Below are positions 56,409 through 64,000 of a stretch of 64,000 nucleotides of DNA, one piece after another. Positions within the stretch are counted from its first letter, which is position 1. The number at the start of each line of letters is the position of its first letter. The position numbers and the translations under genes are program-made. Where the stretch lies: the NCBI GenBank assembly GCA_002010065.2, contig MTMD02000008.1:288001-352000 (forward strand). Reading direction: 5' to 3'. Under the pieces are notes generated by a model. It saw only the letters and a list, made by a program, of their open reading frames with translations. It was not told the DNA's origin and did no database searches. The DNA comes from Candidatus Pyrohabitans jungbluthii. GTDB lineage: Archaea; Hydrothermarchaeota; Hydrothermarchaeia; Hydrothermarchaeales; BMS3B.

Positions 56409-57122
56409 TTAAACACGTTTGAACCTGCCAATCTTGGGCTCGTATATCTCGCCTTCGCTAAGAAGCTCATTAAGTACTTCTTCCAGCTGCTCCTCTTCCA
56501 GAGCGCTCTCCCTGAGGAGGGTGATGTACTTCACACCATCGCCGTCGTCAAGCTCCTCGATGAGGTGGAGCACCTTCAGCTTCGGCTCCTCCTTTTCCTC
56601 GCGCTCGACGAGTTCAGCTGACTCAGCGTTTTCTACGCCTACAACCTCTTCCTCTACCACTGGCTCTTCAAAGCTCGCCTCAGCGGCACTCTCCTCTGCC
56701 GGTGCCTCCACCTCTGGCAACCGCCTCTCAGCTATCGCAAGCTCAAGCTCACGCACCAGCTCCCAGTTGGGATCGTCGATTACTCTTACCACCTCTGCAA
56801 GGATGTAAATCTCACCATCGTACTCCTTCACCTTGCCCACCACATCGACGGTATCGCCCACGCTAACCTTAACCAGAGGGTCAACCTCGCGGAAGGCGCG
56901 CACAGCTATCGTAGCCGAGGCGTCATCAAGGGTTATGCTGGAGTATTTGCCATCATCGCTCACAAACTTGGCAACGACAACACCCATAACGCGTACCCTC
57001 GAGGCTTTTACGCCTCGCCTCGTGATTATATAATTGGGCTCAAAGCGTTCACTGCTGCGGTGAAAACTAGCTTCCACCACATCTTTAATTCTGAGCTTTA
57101 CTGCAGTGCCCCTCTCAATCAT
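56409..57122 (-). CDS. RPA32-like ssDNA-binding subunit (OB fold + acidic linker + wHTH)
   Basis: SRVRVMGVVV, ITLDD, VDVVGKVKEY, DPNWEL and C-terminal GEIYEPKIG. Confidence 0.85.
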   Translation of the reverse strand: MIERGTAVKLRIKDVVEASFHRSSERFEPNYIITRRGVKASRVRVMGVVVAKFVSDDGKYSSITLDDASATIAVRAFREVDPLVKVSVGDTVDVVGKVKEYDGEIYILAEVVRVIDDPNWELVRELELAIAERRLPEVEAPAEESAAEASFEEPVVEEEVVGVENAESAELVEREEKEEPKLKVLHLIEELDDGDGVKYITLLRESALEEEQLEEVLNELLSEGEIYEPKIGRFKRV

Positions 57123-57131
57123 CTCCTACCC

Positions 57132-59174
57132 TCATGTAGTTTTAAAGTGGTCGTACTTTGGCTCAAATATATCGCCTTGCTGGCGCAGCTTCTCTATAAG
57201 CTCCTGCGCAGTGCTCTTAGAAATGCCTCTTTCCTCGGCCAAGCTGAGAATCTCAGAGCGCTTGGCAGTGCCGTACTCATCCTCAAGCTCCTTTATTATG
57301 CTCAATATCTCTTTAATCTTGTCCCTCTGGGACTTGGTGACGCCCACGTAAATCTTATCTATGTCTACCCTGCCTGTTTCTAAATCCAGACCCGCCTGCG
57401 CCAGCGAGGTTTTGACCAGCGCGATGGCGCGATGGGCATCCTCTGCCGTAACTACGTTGCTCAGCCTCACCCGTGCACTTGCTTTGGCTAACCTAACTAT
57501 CGCCCAGAGCTGCCTCGCAGTAAGAGGTATTGGCACATCTTCGCTGCGCTGCGCCACCTCGCGCATCTCCACGTAGAAGTCCTCAATGGCTCGGCGCGCC
57601 TCCTCGCTGAGCTCAGGGAACACGTTCTGCCTAGCGTAGGCGATGTACTTTTTGAGCAACTCCGGCGGTATGGGTGGCTTTATGCTCTCAGGCGAAGAGG
57701 CTGTATCCAGTATGTGCCTTGCAATCTCGCGCGTCTTTGAGAGGTCATCTTTAACAAAAAAGATCAAATCAAAGCGGGAGAGTATCGTGGGTGGGAGATT
57801 AACCTGCTCTGAGATTGGGCGGTACTCATCGAAGCGCCCATACTTGGGGTTCGCCGCCGCAAGGATAGCGCAGCGCGAGCGAAAGGTGGCGAGGATGCCA
57901 GCTTTGGCAATGCTTACACTCTGCTGCTCCATTGCCTCGTGCATGGCTGAGCGATCACTCGGATCCATCTTGTCAAACTCGTCAATACATGCGATTCCAC
58001 GGTCGGCGAGTACCAGGGCGCCTGCCTCCAAGCTCCAGCCACCATCGCCAAACTCATCCTTTACAGCGGCTGCTGTCAAGCCAGCGCCGCTGGTGCCCTT
58101 ACCGCTCGCATAAACTCCACGGGGAGCAAGCTCCTTGGCGACATACTGCAGTATCTCGCTTTTACCTGTGGCGGGTTCACCCATGATTATTATGTGGGAA
58201 TCGCCGCGAATTCGTCCTCCATCTGGCAACTCCACGGCAGGAGCAGAGAAAAGCTGATACATTATTGCCTCTTTAATCTCCTCGTAGCCGAAAATGTGGG
58301 GAGCTATGCTTTTGCGAATCCTCTCGTAAATCTCTGGGTCGCGGGAGAGCTCTATAATCTTCTTTTCATCCTCCTTTGAGATGCGAACCTCCTCAAACTC
58401 TATTTGCACTGGATTGAAATTATTCGCCTCAATGAATATGTCGAAGACGCGAGACTTCGCATTGCCCATCTTTCGCCTCGCCGCACGGAGAATGCCTATA
58501 ACCTCAATAGAATCGCCAGGTGTGATTTTCCCTGTCAGGTCGTCCTCCAGAAGCACAGTTATCTGCTTTGGATGCTCTCCTCCGCGCAGGTCTTCCAGAT
58601 TCTCCTGAACAAGAATCTTTTGAGAGTCCACAAACACCGAGTTGTCCACATCAAGCTTGAAAGGACCGCGCTTTTCGCAGCTTTCGCACAGGTAGGGCTC
58701 CTTCAGCGAGTCGTCGTTCTGGGGGATGTGCATTATGTTTCCGCAGCGCTGGCACTCAAAGGCACCAACCACCAGCTTGGGGCGCACATCGGTGGCTTTC
58801 CTCACTATACCCTCGACAGCAATAAGCCTACCCACGTCGGCGCTGCGGATGTCGCGTATCAACAACCTACTCGTGGGTGGAAGATTGGTAAAGCGAAGGT
58901 TGAGTCTTATTGAGGGGTAATCCACGGGTAGCTCAATTTTGGTAAGGGCACGCTGAGCGGCAGAAATCGCAACGTCCGGGTTGCTGAGCACCTCGTCAGC
59001 AAGGGATATGTCGTACCTATCTAAATCTTCAAAGTTGACAACAAGGCTCTTCTCCTCAGGATAACCACGCACCACACGCAGAATCTCCCGCGAATAGTAC
59101 GCCCGGAAGAACCTGTCGAACCTCTCCTCCAGGTCAGTTGCTTGAAAAACCTCCGCACTATGTTCAGCCTCCAT
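57132..59174 (-). CDS. mcm: MCM replicative helicase
   Basis: Zn finger CQRC..CESC, RIRGD, Walker A GEPATGKS, LEAGALVLAD, IDEFDKM, SRFD and TARQL. No intein. Start ATG 59174. Confidence 0.96.
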   Translation of the reverse strand: MEAEHSAEVFQATDLEERFDRFFRAYYSREILRVVRGYPEEKSLVVNFEDLDRYDISLADEVLSNPDVAISAAQRALTKIELPVDYPSIRLNLRFTNLPPTSRLLIRDIRSADVGRLIAVEGIVRKATDVRPKLVVGAFECQRCGNIMHIPQNDDSLKEPYLCESCEKRGPFKLDVDNSVFVDSQKILVQENLEDLRGGEHPKQITVLLEDDLTGKITPGDSIEVIGILRAARRKMGNAKSRVFDIFIEANNFNPVQIEFEEVRISKEDEKKIIELSRDPEIYERIRKSIAPHIFGYEEIKEAIMYQLFSAPAVELPDGGRIRGDSHIIIMGEPATGKSEILQYVAKELAPRGVYASGKGTSGAGLTAAAVKDEFGDGGWSLEAGALVLADRGIACIDEFDKMDPSDRSAMHEAMEQQSVSIAKAGILATFRSRCAILAAANPKYGRFDEYRPISEQVNLPPTILSRFDLIFFVKDDLSKTREIARHILDTASSPESIKPPIPPELLKKYIAYARQNVFPELSEEARRAIEDFYVEMREVAQRSEDVPIPLTARQLWAIVRLAKASARVRLSNVVTAEDAHRAIALVKTSLAQAGLDLETGRVDIDKIYVGVTKSQRDKIKEILSIIKELEDEYGTAKRSEILSLAEERGISKSTAQELIEKLRQQGDIFEPKYDHFKTT

Positions 59175-59325
59175 CACAACACCCACTTCCCATTCTATCC
59201 CTATCCTTTTAACCACTTTCGATTGCCTCAGCTTTACTTCCCATGCTTCTCTTGCAGGTTGTGGAGTTTATATTAAGAAGGAGAGTAAAGAGACTTTGCC
59301 GAGAGAGCGCAGGAAAAGTTAAAAC

Positions 59326-60207
59326 TCAAACAAACACCCCGTAAGTGCGCTCCACCTCCTCCTTGTGAATCCTCCAGATATCCTCTTCGCTGAGCAGCCC
59401 CTCCGCGTAGAGTTTCTTAGTAACCCTGGGCACACTCCGCGGGGATACCACCGCTCCCGGACGGGAGGCATCATCGATATAATCTGACTCCATGAGAAAC
59501 CTCGTCCCCTGCTCCAACGCGGCGACTATATTCTTCCTCGTGGCTATAAGCGAGGGCATTATCCTCAACTCCCTGCTTTTTTTAATCAAAGGCGGGGAGA
59601 AGTGTTTCACAACGCGCTCCCTGCGCAGCCCAGCCTTGTCCGCAAGCTCAGCTATCGCAGTGAAGCCAGCTTCATCTATGCTCTCAGTGTGGAGCTGCAC
59701 AGCGCAGTCTGCATCGCGGGCTAACTCAAAGGCATAGAGCATCAAAGCCTCGCACGCCTCGCGTATCTCGTTTGACACAGGATAGTGGGGTCTGCCCACC
59801 TCGCCTATAGCGAAAGCCTCGCCATCGCACACATGCTTAGCGGCGAGCTCAAGCGCCTTCTCCGCGATTTCTTTAGCCTCCTCGAGGCTTCGCTGCCTTA
59901 CCATGAAGTGAAACTCCGCCGGGTGAACCCCAAGCACAGGGAAGGCGCGCACTCCAAGCTCACTAACCAGCTCTGCAAGCTTTATGGTCTCCTCGTAGAG
60001 CCTCGCAAAATTCTCCACACTAACCCCACTCAGCCCCAGGTCTTTGGTCAGCTTGTTCACTAGGAATATATTTTTGCCGCCCTCGCGGACGAACTTTTTA
60101 ACCGCCTCTATGCCCTCGCCATTCCTAGGATCGAGATGCATGTGGTTGTCTGTGATGGGAAACTCCTTCTTGAAGAGGGTGGCTTCCCTGCTAAGAACAG
60201 CCGCCAT
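59326..60207 (-). CDS. TatD-like amidohydrolase-superfamily metal-dependent hydrolase
   Basis: TDNHMH, GVHPAE, IGEVGRPHY, QLHTE, VKHF and MESDYIDD..RPGAV. Confidence 0.88.
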   Translation of the reverse strand: MAAVLSREATLFKKEFPITDNHMHLDPRNGEGIEAVKKFVREGGKNIFLVNKLTKDLGLSGVSVENFARLYEETIKLAELVSELGVRAFPVLGVHPAEFHFMVRQRSLEEAKEIAEKALELAAKHVCDGEAFAIGEVGRPHYPVSNEIREACEALMLYAFELARDADCAVQLHTESIDEAGFTAIAELADKAGLRRERVVKHFSPPLIKKSRELRIMPSLIATRKNIVAALEQGTRFLMESDYIDDASRPGAVVSPRSVPRVTKKLYAEGLLSEEDIWRIHKEEVERTYGVFV

Positions 60208-60210
60208 TGG

Positions 60211-60906
60211 CTACACCTTCTGCGGCGATGAGGAGCAGCTCCGCGATGCTTCGTGGGCGACCTCCTCTATACCTAACCTCATTGTACGCAGTATCTCCTC
60301 AAGGTTGACCTCTGTTTCCACGCAGCCATCCTTGAGGAGGGGCACGCCCATGACAGCACAGCTCTTACGGGAGATCTCGTGCATTCCCATGTTTAAGTCA
60401 CGGTGACATGCTACTCCGAGAGCAGCCTTGGGTTTCGTCGCCTTGATTATTCTCTTCACAAAGCTGCCCCCTGGCACTATGTAGAACTTGTAGCCAAGGC
60501 GCTCCGCTTCAGCTTTTAAGTCCTTAATTATGCACATCCCACAATCCTTGCAGCTTATGCCGGTCTTCGCATCCAGACGTGCGGGACAGCGTATGTGGCG
60601 GATGCACTGGGGCACAACTAGAATGCGCTCGCTCGGCGGTGTGCGCGCAAACTTCTCGCGGTTGAGATGGTTTCTAACCTCTATTCCAATGGCATCCACA
60701 AGCTTCTCACTCAACCCGAAGGCGCGGGCGACCTTCTTGAACTGCAGGTAGAGGGCGTCCATGGTGAAGAGCAGCAGGTGGGGCAGAATCAGCTTCTTCT
60801 TTTTAATCAGAAGCAGGCCGAGAAGCAGGGATACTAGGAGGAGCGCCAGTAAAATCGCCAGCGAATATACCGCCAGCCTCCCTACAATCTCATAAAAAGA
60901 AACCAT
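60211..60906 (-). CDS. DUF116 family membrane-anchored Cys-rich protein
   Basis: N-terminal TM, PQCIRH..CPA, CKDCGMC, VPGGS, GVACHRDL and DGC. Confidence 0.85.
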   Translation of the reverse strand: MVSFYEIVGRLAVYSLAILLALLLVSLLLGLLLIKKKKLILPHLLLFTMDALYLQFKKVARAFGLSEKLVDAIGIEVRNHLNREKFARTPPSERILVVPQCIRHIRCPARLDAKTGISCKDCGMCIIKDLKAEAERLGYKFYIVPGGSFVKRIIKATKPKAALGVACHRDLNMGMHEISRKSCAVMGVPLLKDGCVETEVNLEEILRTMRLGIEEVAHEASRSCSSSPQKV

Positions 60907-61009
60907 CTTCCCACCTGTCTAATGTTAGCATGAAGTGCTTAAATATTTTACCTGTGCTGTGGTTGCAACCGCAGCAACCTTTTTATCCAATCTTTCACAA
61001 TATTCTTTT

Positions 61010-61210
61010 GTGGCTGAAGAATTCTCCACCCGCGAGGGGGTTAAGTACATCCTGCTAATCCTAGCTCCGGCTGTGGTGATAGTGGCAGCCTCGCTTATGA
61101 TATCCTCCGGAAGGCTGGGACTGGTGGCTGGTGCCGGGGTAATACTTGCCTCCTATGCCGCTGTTTACGCAGTGGTGAGGAGTTTCAGAAAGAGATTTCT
61201 CTCCAAATAA
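61010..61210 (+). CDS. Hypothetical small 2-TM protein
   Basis: GTG 61010 lies about 25 nt after TTTTATCC (leaderless-type); two hydrophobic helices and a basic tail. Confidence 0.5.
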   Translation: MAEEFSTREGVKYILLILAPAVVIVAASLMISSGRLGLVAGAGVILASYAAVYAVVRSFRKRFLSK

Positions 61211-61277
61211 GTAACACAGATTAAGACTTCAGACAGCACAGATAAAACTAAATACATTAAGAGTTAAAAGACCTAAC

Positions 61278-61496
61278 ATGGCAGTTTTGCCCATCTTTGG
61301 CGCACAGGAAAGCATGGTGATTTTTGGAGTTGCTGTTCTCTCTATATGGGAGATTTTCTGGAAGGGTATTGCCCTCTGGAAGGCTGCTAAGGCTGAGCAA
61401 AAAGGATGGTTTGTTGCCATGCTTGTACTTAACACCGCCGGGATACTGCCAATTTTGTACATCTTTGTTTTCCAGAAAGGCAGAAAGGGGATCTAA
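61278..61496 (+). CDS. DUF5652-like small membrane protein
   Basis: WKGIALWKAAK..KGWFVAMLVLNTAGILPILY. Confidence 0.75.
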   Translation: MAVLPIFGAQESMVIFGVAVLSIWEIFWKGIALWKAAKAEQKGWFVAMLVLNTAGILPILYIFVFQKGRKGI

Positions 61497-61516
61497 TTTT
61501 TTGATTTACCGAACTC

Positions 61517-62197
61517 CTAATTATCCACCAGCGACACGAAGATCTCGCCGAATAACTCCTCCTGCCACACATTGATTTTCCGCTGGGAATCTAGATAAAG
61601 AAGGCAGAGCAGGGTTTCAACCACAGCAAGGCGATTACTCCTGTCCTCTACGATGTCGAAAAAGTGGATAACCCCTGAGAGGGAGCAAAGGCGCTTGACC
61701 TTCTCGTACACCTTCGCAATCTTCTCCTTTATGCCCTCCTCGTCCACCTGAATCACGAGCTTGGGCTTCTCGCGCGTGCGTGGAAAGTTGCGGCGAATCA
61801 TCTCTTCACCAAGAGCGCGCTGCAGTGCCTCTACAAGCTCGAATAGCGTGGTCCTGCGCTCTTCTCTGCGACGCATAGGCACGGGTATCGCGGGTATGTC
61901 GTCAATGCGCTTCTCTATGTCCACCTCTTCCTCAAGGGGTTCAAAGTACTCCTCCTCTTCCTCAGTTTCTTCTCGCGGCAAAAGCGACTCGCTCTTCATG
62001 CGCAGCAGTATCGCCGCAGCTAAAATAGCACGACCGCTTAAGCGCAGGTTGAGCTTCTGCATGCGCTTAACCTTCTCAAGAAAGCGCTGCGCAATGTCGG
62101 CGATATCAATATCCCAGGGGTCCATTTCCTCACTGATAACCAAATCAACAAGCATGTCCACCGGGTGGATCTCCTCGTAGAGCTCAGACTCTAACAT
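61517..62197 (-). CDS. scpA: Segregation/condensation protein A (kleisin)
   Basis: MDPWDIDI, AAILLRMKS, TLFELVEAL and WQEELFGEI. Overlaps the smc stop. Confidence 0.92.
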   Translation of the reverse strand: MLESELYEEIHPVDMLVDLVISEEMDPWDIDIADIAQRFLEKVKRMQKLNLRLSGRAILAAAILLRMKSESLLPREETEEEEEYFEPLEEEVDIEKRIDDIPAIPVPMRRREERRTTLFELVEALQRALGEEMIRRNFPRTREKPKLVIQVDEEGIKEKIAKVYEKVKRLCSLSGVIHFFDIVEDRSNRLAVVETLLCLLYLDSQRKINVWQEELFGEIFVSLVDN

Positions 62198-63998
62198 CCT
62201 CCAGCTCCACCCCTATAACCTTAGAAACTCCATCCTCGTTGGTAACACCAAAAAGCTGGTCCGCTGCCACCATCATGTTGTCGCGCAGGCTTACGACTAT
62301 GAACTGCGCCTCCTTCGATGCTTCTTTAATCATCTCTGAAATCTTCTTAACGTTGTTGTCGTCCAGAAACATGTCTATCTCGTCGAGAATATAGAAGGGC
62401 GCGGGCTGGAAGCGCTGTATCGCAAAGAGGAAAGAAAGCGCCGTCAGGGTGCGCTCCCCGCCTGAGAGCAGCTCTATGTACTGCGGATTCTTCCCAGGGG
62501 GCTTAGCCTGAATTTGTAACCCGCCCTCCAGCGGGGCTTCCTCGTCGAGTATCAGCTCAGCTTCGCCGCCTTCGCTGAGGCGGTTGAAGATTCGCCTGAA
62601 GTTCATCGCAACGTTCTCAAAGACCTCCATGAACACCGCCAGCTTGCGCTGCTCTATCTCCTCCATTAGCCTGAGAATCGCCTCGCGCTCCTCCTCAAGC
62701 TTGTGTATGCGAAACTCCAGCTTGTCGTACTTCTCCTTAACCTCCTCGTAGTCCTCCACGGCGCGCATGTTCACCGGCTCCAGCGAGCGGATCTCCGCCT
62801 CCATCTTTGCAATCTCCTTCTCAAGCTCCTCCGTCTCTATAGGCACAAGAAGCTCCACCTCAACGTCGGCGAACTCCTTTAGAGCTTCGCGCAGGCTCTC
62901 CTGCTTTGTCTGAAGCTTTGCCTGCTCTATCTTCGCCGCCTCCAGCTTCTTCCTGAGCTTGGCCTCGCGCCGCTGGAGTTCCTCAATTTTATGGGTAATA
63001 AGCTTAATAGCATGGGAGAATCTCTCTCGGCGCTGCTTCATCTCCTGAAGCTCGCGCTTAACCGCCTGCTCCCGCTCCTGCGCCTCTCTAAGCTCTCTCT
63101 CGGCGCTGCGCAGCTCCTCGCTAAGCTTGTTCTTAACTTCGCGCGCAGTACGCCTCGCCTTGAGAGCCTCAAGAAGAGCGTGGCGCAGTGCATTAGCCTG
63201 CGTCTCCACAACCTCCTTCAACCTCGAGCGAAGGAAGCGCATCTCTCCGCGAAGTGTCTCAAGAGCGCGCTCCTTCTCCAGCATCGCCTCCTCCTTCGCT
63301 CGAATCTCCTTAAGCAGAGCCTCAGCCTCAGCGGTGCGCAGCTCCTCCTCCAGCAGGCGCTTCTCCTCAGTTAGCTTACTCACCTCTTCCCTTAACTTAT
63401 GAAGCTCTGGCTCTAACTCTTCCCTTCTCCGCCTTATCTCGCTCAGCTTAGCCCTGCGCTCCCTCAGCTCTGCCTCTACTTTAGCAAGCGCTTGCGAGAG
63501 CTCCGCCTTCTCCGCCTCAAGCGTAGCTATCGTCGCGCCCAAAAGCTCAACCCTCTTCTCAGCCTCTAGAATCTCCCGATCAAGCTTATCCTTCAGCTCA
63601 AGCTTCGTCTCAAGCTCCGCCTCAAGCTTATCCCTGCGCTGCTGAAGCTCAGCCACCTCGCGCTCAAGCTTGGTAAGCTTGCTTCCCGAGATTTCCAGCT
63701 TGACTCTGCGCTGGTAGTATCCGCCTGTGATTCTTCCCGAAGCCTCGATGAGGTCACCCTCAAGCGTGACCATGCGCGCCTTGCCTATCTCTCGCCTGGC
63801 AAAGGCAAGGTCCTCCACGACAACGGTATCGCCAAAAACGTGAGAAAACGCTGGGTAAAAGCGGTCGTCGAAATCCACTAAATCGAGAGCGAAGCCATAG
63901 CTCCGCGAGGCAAGCTCCTCTGCCTCTCGCGAAATTCGCCTTGGCTTAATCTTGTTCAACGGCAGGAAGGTCGCTCTGCCTATCTTGTTCTCCTTAAG
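62184..63998 (-). CDS. smc: Chromosome segregation protein SMC (C-terminal half; 5' part outside window)
   Basis: Hinge KIGRATFLPLNK at the window edge, VTLEGD..GRITGG, PVNMRA, signature LSGGE and Walker B ILDEID. Confidence 0.96.
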   Translation of the reverse strand, partial: LKENKIGRATFLPLNKIKPRRISREAEELASRSYGFALDLVDFDDRFYPAFSHVFGDTVVVEDLAFARREIGKARMVTLEGDLIEASGRITGGYYQRRVKLEISGSKLTKLEREVAELQQRRDKLEAELETKLELKDKLDREILEAEKRVELLGATIATLEAEKAELSQALAKVEAELRERRAKLSEIRRRREELEPELHKLREEVSKLTEEKRLLEEELRTAEAEALLKEIRAKEEAMLEKERALETLRGEMRFLRSRLKEVVETQANALRHALLEALKARRTAREVKNKLSEELRSAERELREAQEREQAVKRELQEMKQRRERFSHAIKLITHKIEELQRREAKLRKKLEAAKIEQAKLQTKQESLREALKEFADVEVELLVPIETEELEKEIAKMEAEIRSLEPVNMRAVEDYEEVKEKYDKLEFRIHKLEEEREAILRLMEEIEQRKLAVFMEVFENVAMNFRRIFNRLSEGGEAELILDEEAPLEGGLQIQAKPPGKNPQYIELLSGGERTLTALSFLFAIQRFQPAPFYILDEIDMFLDDNNVKKISEMIKEASKEAQFIVVSLRDNMMVAADQLFGVTNEDGVSKVIGVELEDVRV

Positions 63999-64000
63999 AT

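Noticed and set aside
57132-59174. Inteins in mcm, cdc48, herA or smc
   Set aside because: Protein lengths are normal, with no C/S...HN-C/S/T splice junctions or LAGLIDADG inserts visible.
60956-60977. Hairpin TGCTGTGGTT-GC-AACCGCAGCA as another REP-like copy
   Set aside because: It shares GCAACCGCAG with the 9843 element but lacks the GGGTAAC end and TTC/GAA linker, so membership cannot be supported.

Overview
Archaeal chromosomal window, densely coding and mostly housekeeping. Genes include two tandem CDC48 paralogs, srp54, archaeal dnaG, nac, mcm, an RPA32-like gene, nurA-herA, scpA-smc, hypF, pycB, hisB, tatC and two tRNAs (Val-GAC, Ile2-CAT). A bona fide form III RuBisCO plus ribose-1,5-bisphosphate isomerase and a two-cysteine DsrC suggest an anaerobic, probably thermophilic, sulfur-metabolising euryarchaeote (Hydrothermarchaeota/Archaeoglobi-like; inference only). 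No transposase, integrase, cas gene, CRISPR array or rRNA is seen. The most notable unexplained elements are: (1) a tandem pair of paralogous, ATPase-less long coiled-coil proteins with a conserved hairpin architecture and a matched Cys pair, divergent from RuBisCO (11517-15005); (2) a ~143-nt four-way-junction structured RNA with its own BRE/TATA and T-tract (41116-41258); (3) a dispersed ~37-bp palindromic REP-like repeat family with GNA-triloop hairpins at four or more intergenic loci; (4) a ~156-nt G-U-containing long hairpin directly before the dnaG ribosome-binding site; (5) a ~12-kb island in which four different anion-transporter families are each paired with universal stress proteins, with 11-bp-phased TCC(C/A)AA operator-like repeats. 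All family assignments are from motif recognition by eye; no database search was run.
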